Source: Myxococcota bacterium (lineage in GTDB: Bacteria > Myxococcota_A > UBA796 > GCA-2862545). From it: 44,521 nt of DNA. The notes below the pieces were generated by a model. The model made no database searches, had not been told where the DNA came from, and saw only the letters and a list, made by a program, of their open reading frames with translations. The stretch spans positions 1 through 44,521 of the forward strand of contig JBCCQY010000062.1 of NCBI GenBank assembly GCA_039208735.1, read 5' to 3'. Positions 10,847 through 19,660 of the stretch are shown piece after piece. Position numbers and translations under genes: made by a program. The first letter of the stretch is position 1. Every line of letters starts with the position of its first letter.

Positions 10847-11027
10847 GCCCAACGGCCACCTCCATCCGGCGGAGGTAACCGCCCCACCGGGAGGTCACCG
10901 CTTTGGCGATGGTCCCCGTCGATGAGAAGCGTCGTTGGGTGTCGTTCGTGGCTCCGCTCCACGATCCCCAACTCGAGCGGATCAGGGACAGGAACCGACG
11001 CTACCCAGACGGGCAGTGTCGTCCGTA

Positions 11028-11759
11028 TCAGTCCGCTCGGTGGAGACGGTAGGTGATGCGAAAGGTGTAGTACGCCGTCGTCCGTGCCGGTGCCTCGTAC
11101 GAATGCCAGCGGGACTTGAACATGGCGCGGCGCGTTCCTTCGTGGAACTCGGCGGGGCAATTGGACACGATGACGTCCTGGGCCTTGCCGTCGGGACCCA
11201 CCGCCACTTGCACGTCACAGATCTGTTCGGGGATCCCAAGCCGCCGGGCTGCGACAGGATAGAGGGGTTCAACCATGCGTTTGGGCCGCAACTTGACGGT
11301 TGAGGCTCGTCCGGGTCCCGTCCCGCAATTTGAGCCTTCGCACGGGGAGGTGCCTGTGCCTCCTTGCTTTCCGACCTTGGAGCCGTTGACGACGCCATTC
11401 TTCTGCCCTTTGGCAGATGGCGACTTCGAAGACGTGATCTTGGGTTCGAAGACCGTCAGGGGCTGGGGTTCGCGTGGTTCGTCATCGGGCTCGGGCTCGA
11501 CATCGTCGTCTCCGTTCGCCGTGCCCAACCGAGGTGGGGGTGGGGCTGCGGGTTCGAGTTCGTCGATCGGTTCGTCGGGGGGCACGAAGACCCGGTAGGG
11601 ATCAGGCTCGGGGTCGGCGATGACCTCGGGGACCGTCATCATCAATGCGGCACCGATGGCCGCACCGAACAAGCCCGCCAAAACAAGGGTGTACGCCACC
11701 GATTCCGCTTGGCGTCGAGTGAACGTCTCGTCCGGATTCGTGCCGATGTTGTCGAACAT
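11028..11759 (-). CDS. Energy transducer TonB-family protein
   Basis: N-terminal TM helix, Pro-rich linker and C-terminal PLYPVAARRLG...V.V.VGPDG.A.DV.V domain. Confidence 0.8.
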   Translation of the reverse strand: MFDNIGTNPDETFTRRQAESVAYTLVLAGLFGAAIGAALMMTVPEVIADPEPDPYRVFVPPDEPIDELEPAAPPPPRLGTANGDDDVEPEPDDEPREPQPLTVFEPKITSSKSPSAKGQKNGVVNGSKVGKQGGTGTSPCEGSNCGTGPGRASTVKLRPKRMVEPLYPVAARRLGIPEQICDVQVAVGPDGKAQDVIVSNCPAEFHEGTRRAMFKSRWHSYEAPARTTAYYTFRITYRLHRAD

Positions 11760-11813
11760 CCATTCCCCAAATCGTGGGTCTACCTGACTTCGTGGCGAGA
11801 CGGTTCTCGATGT

Positions 11814-12737
11814 TCACCCTCGGGCGGTGCCCGACCATCGGACGCCCCAAGTCCACCGACTGGCTTCTCGGATGGTGGCGAGATGGAGGTCGACGATCAC
11901 TTCGACATCCGGTGCGTAGCCACCCCCCATCGTCACCGCGACGGGAACCCCACGAGCGTGACAGGCTTCAAAAACGCGACGATCGCGAAGGGTGACGCCG
12001 GGACCCGATACGGCCAAGCGGCCCAACTTGTCGCCCTCGAAGACATCGACGCCCGCGTTGTAGATGACGAGATCGGGCGCGATGCGGTCAAAGGACTGGG
12101 CCAGCGCGTCGTCAACCGCCAGAAGGTAGTCGTCATCACCAAGATTGTCGGCAAGCGGAACGTCCAGGTCGCTTCGAGCCTTCTTGAACGGGAAGTTCTT
12201 CTCGCTATGCACGGACAGGGTGAACGCGGTGGCGTCCCCCTGCAGACAGTTGGCGGTTCCGTTGCCTTGATGCACATCGAGATCGACAACTAAGGCCTGG
12301 GAAATTTTTCCCTCGTTCTGCAAGGCGCGAATCGCGACGGCGGCGTCGTTGAAGAGGCAAAACCCTTGTCCCTGGCCTGGGCTTGCGTGGTGGGTGCCCC
12401 CGGCGAGGTTCACCGCCACGCCGTCTTCAAGAGCGGCACGTGCGGCATCCAACGTGCCCCCCGACGAATGGCGTTCGCGGTACGGCAGTGCGGGGGACTG
12501 CGGAAAGCCGATGACGCGGACTTCACGGTCCGTCAACGTCTGGGTGAGGACCCGCTCCAGGTAGTCGGCGTCGTGGACCCGGGCGAGTTGCGCCTGGCTT
12601 ACCGGGGATGCGCCAACGAGTTCGACCTTGGGCAGCTCGGCCTCCACGCGTTCTCGCAGTCGCCGGTATTTGGCCATCGGGAACCGGTGGGTGGGCGGCA
12701 GGGGCAGGACGAAGGTGTCGGAGGTGAAGGCGCGCAT
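11814..12737 (-). CDS. Histone deacetylase family protein
   Basis: Motifs HRFPM.KY, GGTHHA, GFCLFND, DLDVHQGNG, GVD...D.LG and MGGGY. Confidence 0.95.
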   Translation of the reverse strand: MRAFTSDTFVLPLPPTHRFPMAKYRRLRERVEAELPKVELVGASPVSQAQLARVHDADYLERVLTQTLTDREVRVIGFPQSPALPYRERHSSGGTLDAARAALEDGVAVNLAGGTHHASPGQGQGFCLFNDAAVAIRALQNEGKISQALVVDLDVHQGNGTANCLQGDATAFTLSVHSEKNFPFKKARSDLDVPLADNLGDDDYLLAVDDALAQSFDRIAPDLVIYNAGVDVFEGDKLGRLAVSGPGVTLRDRRVFEACHARGVPVAVTMGGGYAPDVEVIVDLHLATIREASRWTWGVRWSGTARG

Positions 12738-12751
12738 GAATTGGCGCGTAT

Positions 12752-13213
12752 CTACGGCGTGGGGTCGAGGTCCCCGCAGGCGTCGACCGAAGGTCGCGTA
12801 GGGCGTTGGTCAGCGGGCAATCGGTCGAACGCCGTACGGGCGCCACGGCGGACCAATGCGTCCTCGTGACACCAATGCTCCACCGCAACCGGGCCTGCGG
12901 CTTTCGGATGATGCCGGGCCAGCGTCATGAGGAGCTTGAGCCGCGTCGCCGCAGGTACCGAAGCATCGCCAATGCCCTCGACGGCCAAGGCGGGGTCGGG
13001 GGCGGTCGCGAGAACCTGCCAGGCTCGATCGCGCACCAACGGAGACACCTCACCGTCTTTCGCGATGCGGGACAGGGTGGTCCCCAACGCCTCCGTCTCG
13101 GTTGCCAGTTCCGTGTAGGAGGGCACCTCGTGAAACGCGGAGAGCCTAATTACTAAGCCCTCAGCGGGGTCAGGAGCGGTTCCACAAGCGAGCCAGGCCA
13201 GCGAGAAAATCAT
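12752..13213 (-). CDS. Hypothetical lipoprotein, helical (HEAT-repeat-like)
   Basis: Lipobox WLAC; ATGA overlap with the upstream protease gene; two LVRxxA motifs. Confidence 0.65.
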   Translation of the reverse strand: MIFSLAWLACGTAPDPAEGLVIRLSAFHEVPSYTELATETEALGTTLSRIAKDGEVSPLVRDRAWQVLATAPDPALAVEGIGDASVPAATRLKLLMTLARHHPKAAGPVAVEHWCHEDALVRRGARTAFDRLPADQRPTRPSVDACGDLDPTP

Positions 13214-14496
13214 CGAGTCACCGGGTTTGCACGAAGGACATCGCCCTGGTCACCGGTCAACGTCTGGTTCGCAATGGCCGCAACTGGGAACATCAGGTTC
13301 CCCACGTCAGGACAGCCGCCAAGCGACTGGTTCTCAAGCCGATCTGCAATGTCGGGACATTCGGGGGTGTCGAGGAGGGGATCGGCTGCGGTTCCAGTGA
13401 GTTCCGTCGTATGGAAGAGCCCGAGCCAGTGCCCCACTTCATGGGCCATGACGACTCCGGTGAGTTCTGCGCCGAGACCCGGATCCTCATTGCTGCCCAG
13501 GCGCAGCAGCTCCGCCGTGAGGACGACACCACTGGCCGGTGTGCCGTGCAGTCCTGGAGGACCTGGCAAGCCTTGGGAGATGCCAATGGCGTCCGAGTTG
13601 GGAATCGCGATGGTGGAGACCAAGAAAACATTGACCGACAGCCGTTCTGAGTCACTGGACCCCGGTTCGACGGACCGCGCGACGAGGCGACCGAGGTCCG
13701 CTCGCTCGTCGATCACGGTGAGGTCGTCCACATCTGGACCCTCCAGCTCCACGTAGCGGACCTCCCCGAGCGTCACTCCGACCCCGCTGAAGGTGCGGTC
13801 CAAAGTGGCGAGAGTGCGAGCCAGATCGGAGTCGTCGGGCCCCTCCTCGGCGGACAGATCGGGGAGCCCAACAAAATAGAGATTGAGGTCGAGCTGCGCC
13901 GGTGTGGACGTCGATTCAAGGGCCACGTAGCTGCAGAGCTCGTTGGTGTCCGTGCGAACCGTGTAGTCATGCACCCCGGCTTGCACGAGATTGGACAGCC
14001 CGGGCACCTGATCGAGGAACACGGGGGCCGTGAAGCCGAGCAACGCCGCGGTCGTGGCGAGCTGTCGATCCTCACCCTCGAAATTGAGACGATCGCCGTT
14101 GGGCAAGGTCAACCGAACCGGTCGCACCGGCTCGCCATCCGTCGAAAAGGGGACGAACATGTAGCTTTCCGTGCCCGGAGGAATGGTGAACGTCAGGGTG
14201 GTCGTCCCTCGCACGGGGGCTTGGCATTGCACCGACGAAAGGCCCCGCGAGGTGGGGGGCTGCATGCCATCGGGCAAGGGATTGGTGCAGCCCTGCGTGT
14301 CGAACATCGTGAGGCATACGTCGTTCCCGTCGCAGTCTGCGTCAGACTCACACTCGAGCACACAACGGCTTTCGACAAGCACCGGATCGATCCAACAGGC
14401 CCCGTTGGGCCCACAGTCCTCGTCGGTACGACAGGGCGCACCCAGATCCATCGACCCGCACGCCGCAAGCATCCCCAAGAGTCCCCAACGCATCAC
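13210..14496 (-). CDS. Lipoprotein zinc metalloprotease (M43/pappalysin-like metzincin) with Cys-rich N-terminus
   Basis: Lipobox LAAC; CxxDxDC repeats; HEVGHWLGLFHT and a Met-turn NLM; strong RBS GAGGAGG. Confidence 0.85.
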   Translation of the reverse strand: MMRWGLLGMLAACGSMDLGAPCRTDEDCGPNGACWIDPVLVESRCVLECESDADCDGNDVCLTMFDTQGCTNPLPDGMQPPTSRGLSSVQCQAPVRGTTTLTFTIPPGTESYMFVPFSTDGEPVRPVRLTLPNGDRLNFEGEDRQLATTAALLGFTAPVFLDQVPGLSNLVQAGVHDYTVRTDTNELCSYVALESTSTPAQLDLNLYFVGLPDLSAEEGPDDSDLARTLATLDRTFSGVGVTLGEVRYVELEGPDVDDLTVIDERADLGRLVARSVEPGSSDSERLSVNVFLVSTIAIPNSDAIGISQGLPGPPGLHGTPASGVVLTAELLRLGSNEDPGLGAELTGVVMAHEVGHWLGLFHTTELTGTAADPLLDTPECPDIADRLENQSLGGCPDVGNLMFPVAAIANQTLTGDQGDVLRANPVTR

Positions 14497-14550
14497 GTTG
14501 CCTCCTCGATCCAGTGACCGATCGGGTCCGCGATCGTGACACGACCCCGA

Positions 14551-15429
14551 TCACTGGAAGCGGATGACGAGGTCTCCGCTGAAGGTCGATGCGTAAACAT
14601 CGGCCCCGCCCTTCCCACGACGAGCCGACAGGGAGCGACCCGGGCCAAAACCTTGTTTTGAAATGGCTTTGCCGTCGAATAGAAGCTGCCCCGAGAAGCT
14701 TGACAACTCCACATCGGTGTCGAGGGAGGACGGCAGCACGATTCCAACATCGCCGCTATGGGACTGGACTTTCAACGTGCCGCCCGTGGTCAATGTCGCG
14801 AGCAGCTCGATGCGGCCCGAGACACTCGTGAGATCGCCCCTCGAAACTTCACCGGTCACCGATTGGTCGCCACTCACGGATTGGGCCCCCAGCCGGCCGG
14901 AGACTCGAGTGAGTCGGATGGCACCGCTGACCGTCTGGATTTGAACGTCCTGACGGGCGTCATTCACTTCCACGTCGCCCGACACGGTGTGCACGGCGAC
15001 CGGGCCCATGCGCTCCCCACCTTGCAAGGTCACCTTGCCACTGACCGTTTCGGCGTCGATGCGGCTCGACAGACCCGTGACGGAAAGGTCCGCCGACACC
15101 GCCTCGATGTCCAGGTCGGGGGTCGGGGGGAGGGACAGCGTGAGCTTGGCGCAGAATGAGCCGGTCTTGCGTTTGTTGTCGCGCTTCTTCACCCGGATGC
15201 GCATGCGCCCGCCTGCTTCCGTCACGACCACCACAGCATCGGAGTCGACGGTGCCCTTGAGTTGGATCGAGTCGCGACGCTCCCCCAACACCGTGACGCT
15301 ACCGCAGACGTTGCGGATGTCGATGGCACTGGGGGGCGTTTCGGCCAACCTCCGATCGAAGCGAGGCGCCACGATCACGGTTTCGGTGGCCCCGGACAGC
15401 GGAGAAAGAAGCATCAGAAGGGTCTGCAT
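14551..15429 (-). CDS. DUF4097 family beta-strand repeat protein
   Basis: Repeated (T/S)VSG(D/K/A/R)(V/I) units; signal-like N-terminus; follows an ECF/anti-sigma pair. Confidence 0.88.
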   Translation of the reverse strand: MQTLLMLLSPLSGATETVIVAPRFDRRLAETPPSAIDIRNVCGSVTVLGERRDSIQLKGTVDSDAVVVVTEAGGRMRIRVKKRDNKRKTGSFCAKLTLSLPPTPDLDIEAVSADLSVTGLSSRIDAETVSGKVTLQGGERMGPVAVHTVSGDVEVNDARQDVQIQTVSGAIRLTRVSGRLGAQSVSGDQSVTGEVSRGDLTSVSGRIELLATLTTGGTLKVQSHSGDVGIVLPSSLDTDVELSSFSGQLLFDGKAISKQGFGPGRSLSARRGKGGADVYASTFSGDLVIRFQ

Positions 15430-15442
15430 GGCGGCTTCCAGT

Positions 15443-15895
15443 TCAGGGGTGGGTCCCGATCACGCCCGCGAGAACGTCAATGCGGGACGACCAAGCGAGC
15501 GACAGGGCCTTCGCCACGTCTGGGTGGTCGGGATGTTCAGCGAGTGCGGCTTCGCACTCGGCAATGGCTTGATCGATGACACCGAGGTTGCGTTCAATCT
15601 CGGCGCGGGCTGCAGAATCCAGATCGTCCCGCGCCATCAGTGTCGCCTCCAAGGCCTCATTGGCGAGACGCATCTGGACCGCCCAGTCCGGAGGCGACAA
15701 GGGCGCAGGGGGGGCCGACAGAAACCCCCAGAGGACCGCTGCAGCGGCGAGGAGCCCTCCCACGGGCGGGGCCCATCGCCACCAGCGCGTCGTGGGGGGC
15801 TCGACCGCCGCAGCAATGTCGGGCCAAAGGTCTCGAGAAGGGGCAACCGAGCGCGGCAACTCGGCGAGTCGGGTGTCGAGGTCATCGGGGGTCAC
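15443..15895 (-). CDS. Putative single-pass anti-sigma factor
   Basis: GTGA overlap with the ECF gene; N-terminal LPRSVAPSRDLWPDI, one TM helix and a helical C-terminal domain. Confidence 0.7.
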   Translation of the reverse strand: MTPDDLDTRLAELPRSVAPSRDLWPDIAAAVEPPTTRWWRWAPPVGGLLAAAAVLWGFLSAPPAPLSPPDWAVQMRLANEALEATLMARDDLDSAARAEIERNLGVIDQAIAECEAALAEHPDHPDVAKALSLAWSSRIDVLAGVIGTHP

Positions 15896-16440
15896 GACAG
15901 GGCCTCCTGAAGCAGCTGGCGCGCGCGATGAAGTTGGGCCTTAGAAGTCCCTTCCGCTACCCCGAGGAATCCTGCGATTTCGGCATGGGACCAGCCTTCG
16001 ATCGTGGCGAGGACCAAGATGTGGCGGGCCTTGGGAGGCAATCTGGCGATCGCTCGTTCGAGGTCAAGCCGCGCGCCGTCTGGGGCGACACAGGGGTCCG
16101 GCGCGTCGATCGGTCGATCCGTTTCACCCAAGGTGACGCGAGCCCGACGACGCTGGTGGCTGCGTCGATCATCGAGGGTGATGCGAACCGCAATCCGACG
16201 CAGCCACCTTCGGAAGGACCCGCCGCGAAAGCCGGACAGCCGCTGCCAGGCGCGTACGAACACCTGCTGGGTCAGCTCTTCGGCCAATCGGTTGTCGCCA
16301 GCGAGACGGGCACACAGGGCGTAGACGATTCCCACGTGCTCGCGGTATAGCGCCTCGAAGGCGTTGTGCTCGCCACGGGCGGCGGCCTCGATGAGGCGCG
16401 CCGTCGCATCTTCGAGGCGACGGGAGTGGGCTGCGGACAC
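15892..16440 (-). CDS. ECF-family RNA polymerase sigma factor
   Basis: Region 2 (AFEALYREH...AEELTQQVFVRAW...FRRWLRRIA) and region 4 (LPPKAR...EGWSHAEIA..LGVAEGTSKAQLHRAR); RBS CAGGAG. Confidence 0.95.
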   Translation of the reverse strand: MSAAHSRRLEDATARLIEAAARGEHNAFEALYREHVGIVYALCARLAGDNRLAEELTQQVFVRAWQRLSGFRGGSFRRWLRRIAVRITLDDRRSHQRRRARVTLGETDRPIDAPDPCVAPDGARLDLERAIARLPPKARHILVLATIEGWSHAEIAGFLGVAEGTSKAQLHRARQLLQEALS

Positions 16441-16464
16441 GTGACGTCTCCTGGGTCATCCCAG

Positions 16465-16492
16465 TAGACGCCGCCGGCCCTGCGAAGGTTGG
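16465..16492 (-). promoter_or_regulatory. Probable ECF-dependent (autoregulatory) promoter
   Basis: Minus strand reads CCAAC-N17-CGTCTA about 25 nt upstream of the sigma start, matching the AAC...CGTC ECF promoter pattern. Confidence 0.6.
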
Positions 16493-16496
16493 AAGT

Positions 16497-17075
16497 TCAT
16501 TCGAGACAGGCGGCAGCGGCCTTGCGGGAGACGCCATCGCCGTTGGCCGCGGGGCGCAACTCGATCACTCGCCGGTCGCCGAAGTTGTGGCTGCGGACCA
16601 AGTAGAAGCCGCTGATGTGGAAGGTGGCGGATTTGCCGCCTTCGCTCGAGGCGACGCAGTTGACGTCGTTGAACGGATGCGTCGTCCGTGTGCCGGGGAA
16701 GACTTCGAGGTCGACCTCGGCCTTCCCTACTTTGCCGATGTTGGGCAGATAGTACTCAACGCCCGAAGCCATCGGGAAGGAACCGAGCTGCCCCTTACGA
16801 CAGTCGACGGGGTATCGCCGCATGTCGCCTTCGTTGGAGGTAAGGATCGCGGCCGGCTGACTTCCGTCGACGGTGACCTTGATGTCGACGCAGACGAGCG
16901 AGTGGTTGGCGAGCTTATCGAGGCTTTTGAGCGTGGCCCCGGTGGCGCGGTTTGCCTCTTTCCGAGCGTCGATCGGGACCGTGAGGTCGATCGCGTCGTC
17001 CTGGGCGTACGCCGAAGGTGCGAGCCACAGCCCGACGGCGCTGATCAGCGCAATTGCGCCTCGGATGTCGTTCAT
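16497..17075 (-). CDS. Hypothetical secreted protein (192 aa, 4 Cys)
   Basis: Signal peptide ending AYA|Q; strong RBS AGGAGG; 30 nt downstream of the GH19 gene. Confidence 0.75.
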   Translation of the reverse strand: MNDIRGAIALISAVGLWLAPSAYAQDDAIDLTVPIDARKEANRATGATLKSLDKLANHSLVCVDIKVTVDGSQPAAILTSNEGDMRRYPVDCRKGQLGSFPMASGVEYYLPNIGKVGKAEVDLEVFPGTRTTHPFNDVNCVASSEGGKSATFHISGFYLVRSHNFGDRRVIELRPAANGDGVSRKAAAACLE

Positions 17076-17105
17076 GCTCCCTCCTGTGCGGACTCGGCCG
17101 TAGCC

Positions 17106-18281
17106 TCACCGACGGTTTTTCTTCTGCTGCCGACGCTTCTTGCGTTGACGCTTCTTGCGCTTGCGGCGTCGCTTCTTTCGCTGGCGAATCTGCTTTTTGG
17201 TCGGCGGCGTGCGCAGGTTGCCCTGGGCGGCGGCTGCAGCCCCTCCACCGACGACGCCGGTGAGATTCCGAATGGGTCCGATCGGGTTGGAAAAGTCGAT
17301 GGACCCTTGGTTGAGTTCGTAGTCGTCCTCTTCGGAGACCGGGCCGACGCGACGGCCTTCGTCGATCGCGTCGGGAGCGCGGCGGCGAACCTTGCCGTCG
17401 GCGCCTGTGACTCGGCCCGCGGGCACGTCGGTCATGCGAGCGGTGGCCTCCTCGGCCGAGGACGCGTGGGGAGCCGACGCCGGAACCGCCTTGATGAACT
17501 GGTGGATTTCGAGCGCGAAGTCAGCGAGAAGATCCCGCTTGTCGAGGCCATTCACCGTGCGCCGGGCTTCGAGGTACCCAATGCGGTCATCGGTAATGTC
17601 TGCGTTGATGTAGCTGGCGAGGCCTTTGCCGTATTCGGCGTTGTACCAACCTCGAACCATCCCCTCCATGAGGGCGGCCGTCGAGACCCACTCCCGAAGG
17701 GCCAGATCGGCCTGGTTGACGAGCCTCCGGTCGAGGTCCGCGAACCGGTCCCCATTTTGGGTACGGGACAGCTCAATGCCCACCCGCCAATAGTTGACGA
17801 GGTGGGTGAGCTGGACTTGCCCACGTCCGTAGTAGGACTGACCCGTCGTGGAATCGGGCTCCCAGTAGCGCTGTCGCACGAGCCGCTTGCGCCACAGTCC
17901 TTCCAAGTAGTCAAGAGCGCACTCGGCATCCTCGCAGAGGCCCTCTCGGACGGGGAAGAGGTTGCCCCCGGTCTCCCAAAACACCGTCGCGATGATGTAG
18001 GCAAGCCAGCGAGTATCCGTCAGTTCATCGCTCGTGTCCCAGCGGTTGAGGATGCCTTGCATGGCGTTGAAGGACTTTCGCGAGAGCTGTTTGGGATCTT
18101 GGGCAAGTGGATGGGTTCGGTTGAACCTTCGAAACCCTTCATAGAAGGCTCGCCTATCGATGCACTCCGCTTTCGTGCACCGATCGTTTCCCTGAGCACT
18201 GGCGTTGGACGCCGTGCCTACGAGGACTGCGACCAACCAGGCCAGGATGACGTGTACGACCAGCGTTCCGCGACTTCGCAT
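17106..18281 (-). CDS. Secreted glycoside hydrolase family 19 (endolysin/lysozyme-like) protein with polybasic C-terminal tail
   Basis: ATG 18281 with GGAGG RBS; signal peptide ending ASA|Q; WLAYIIATVFWET, PVRE, YYGRGQVQLTHLVNY (GH19 signature) and ARRTVNG. Confidence 0.85.
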   Translation of the reverse strand: MRSRGTLVVHVILAWLVAVLVGTASNASAQGNDRCTKAECIDRRAFYEGFRRFNRTHPLAQDPKQLSRKSFNAMQGILNRWDTSDELTDTRWLAYIIATVFWETGGNLFPVREGLCEDAECALDYLEGLWRKRLVRQRYWEPDSTTGQSYYGRGQVQLTHLVNYWRVGIELSRTQNGDRFADLDRRLVNQADLALREWVSTAALMEGMVRGWYNAEYGKGLASYINADITDDRIGYLEARRTVNGLDKRDLLADFALEIHQFIKAVPASAPHASSAEEATARMTDVPAGRVTGADGKVRRRAPDAIDEGRRVGPVSEEDDYELNQGSIDFSNPIGPIRNLTGVVGGGAAAAAQGNLRTPPTKKQIRQRKKRRRKRKKRQRKKRRQQKKNRR

Positions 18282-18370
18282 CCGTGTGCCCTCCCGGCCG
18301 CGAAGTATATGCGACCGGGACAACACGTGCCGCTTGTGGCAGCCTGTGCGTCGATGCCACGGGAGGTTGC

Positions 18371-19660
18371 ATGGGCCATTGGATTCCTGTCGTCTTGAGC
18401 GCGTTGGGGGGGTGCGGGGGCGAATCCACCGCCGATGATCCAAGTGCCGAAAAGTCTGCCTTAAAAACGGACAAGGGTGTCGATGCGACCGCCAAGGTGA
18501 TCGCGATCGGGGCGCTGAATGACGAAAGCGGCCCGGCGGCTGCGATCGGCAAGCCCTACGCCGTTGGCAAACGCCTCCTCGCGGCGCGGATCAACGCCGG
18601 TGGCTCGGGGCTTGTCCCTGAAGGGTGGACGGTGCGGCTGGTCGAGCGCGATCATGGCTACAATCCACAACAATCGGTCCAGGCTTACGATGAGATCAAG
18701 GACGAAGTCCTGTTCATCGGGACGAGCTTTGGCACGCCCAACACGCTTCCCTTGCGGCCGAAGCTCGAGATTGACGATCTGGTCGCGTTCCCGGCGTCGC
18801 TGTCGTCGGAAATGGCGAACCATCCCAACACCCCGCCGCTTGGTGCGCCCTACAAGTCCGAAGGCAAGCGCGCGATCGACTTCATCGTCTCTCAGGCTGG
18901 GGGCACCGATGGCGTGAAGGCAGGCATCGTCTACCAAAAGGACGACTACGGCAAGGACGGTCTCGCCGGCTTCAAGGAGGCTGCGGCTGCCCAAGGCGTC
19001 GAAGTGGTCGCCGAGCAGACCGTCGACCCCGGCCAGAAAGACATGGCGGCGGTGATCACGGGCTTGCAGGATGCAGGGGCCACCCACGTGGCGCTGATGG
19101 TGCTTCCATCGTCCACCGGACCCATCGTCGGAACCGCAGCCCAGCTTCAGTTCACGCCGATGTGGGTCGGGGCCACGCCGTCTTGGATCGATGCGTTCTT
19201 CAACCCCGAGGTCATTCCCTCGGCCGTGTTCGCGAACTTCTATTGGGCACAGTCGCTTCCCTTCTGGGGAGAAGATGTTTCTGGAATGAGCGACTTTGCC
19301 TCGATCTACGAGGCACATGGCAAGGATATGGGCACGCAAGACTGGTACATGCTGGTCTCGTACATCCAGGGACTCGCCCAGATTGAAGCTGCGAATCGCG
19401 CAATTGAGAGCGGAGACCTCTCCCGAGCCGGCTACAAGAAGGCCCTGACCTCTCTCACCGCCTACGACGCGGGCGGGATGATCAACCCCATCGATCTGTC
19501 GAAGACCCCCTACCAGGTGACGGATCAGGTGCGGGTCCTCAAGCCCGACTTCGAAGCTCGATCGTGGACCGTGGCCATGCCCTATGGCGCGCCTGGCACC
19601 ATGCCGACGCAGGACGCCGCACCCGCCGAGGATGCGGAAGCGGCGGGCGACGCAGAATGA
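18371..19660 (+). CDS. ABC transporter substrate-binding lipoprotein (Liv/branched-chain type)
   Basis: ATG 18371 after GGGAGG; lipobox LGGC; IGALNDESGPAA, DHGYNP and YQKDDYGKDG motifs. Confidence 0.9.
   Translation: MGHWIPVVLSALGGCGGESTADDPSAEKSALKTDKGVDATAKVIAIGALNDESGPAAAIGKPYAVGKRLLAARINAGGSGLVPEGWTVRLVERDHGYNPQQSVQAYDEIKDEVLFIGTSFGTPNTLPLRPKLEIDDLVAFPASLSSEMANHPNTPPLGAPYKSEGKRAIDFIVSQAGGTDGVKAGIVYQKDDYGKDGLAGFKEAAAAQGVEVVAEQTVDPGQKDMAAVITGLQDAGATHVALMVLPSSTGPIVGTAAQLQFTPMWVGATPSWIDAFFNPEVIPSAVFANFYWAQSLPFWGEDVSGMSDFASIYEAHGKDMGTQDWYMLVSYIQGLAQIEAANRAIESGDLSRAGYKKALTSLTAYDAGGMINPIDLSKTPYQVTDQVRVLKPDFEARSWTVAMPYGAPGTMPTQDAAPAEDAEAAGDAE

Noticed and set aside
17106..18281. GH19 gene as part of a prophage lysis cassette
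   Set aside because: No holin, spanin, integrase or structural phage genes nearby, and it has its own Sec signal peptide.
18282..18443. N-terminal extensions in the ORF track (GH19 to 18443, SBP from 18284, HTH from 38440, AgmX from 36859, rimI to 38743)
   Set aside because: They overlap neighbouring genes; for all but rimI, a downstream start has a better RBS, signal peptide or domain boundary.
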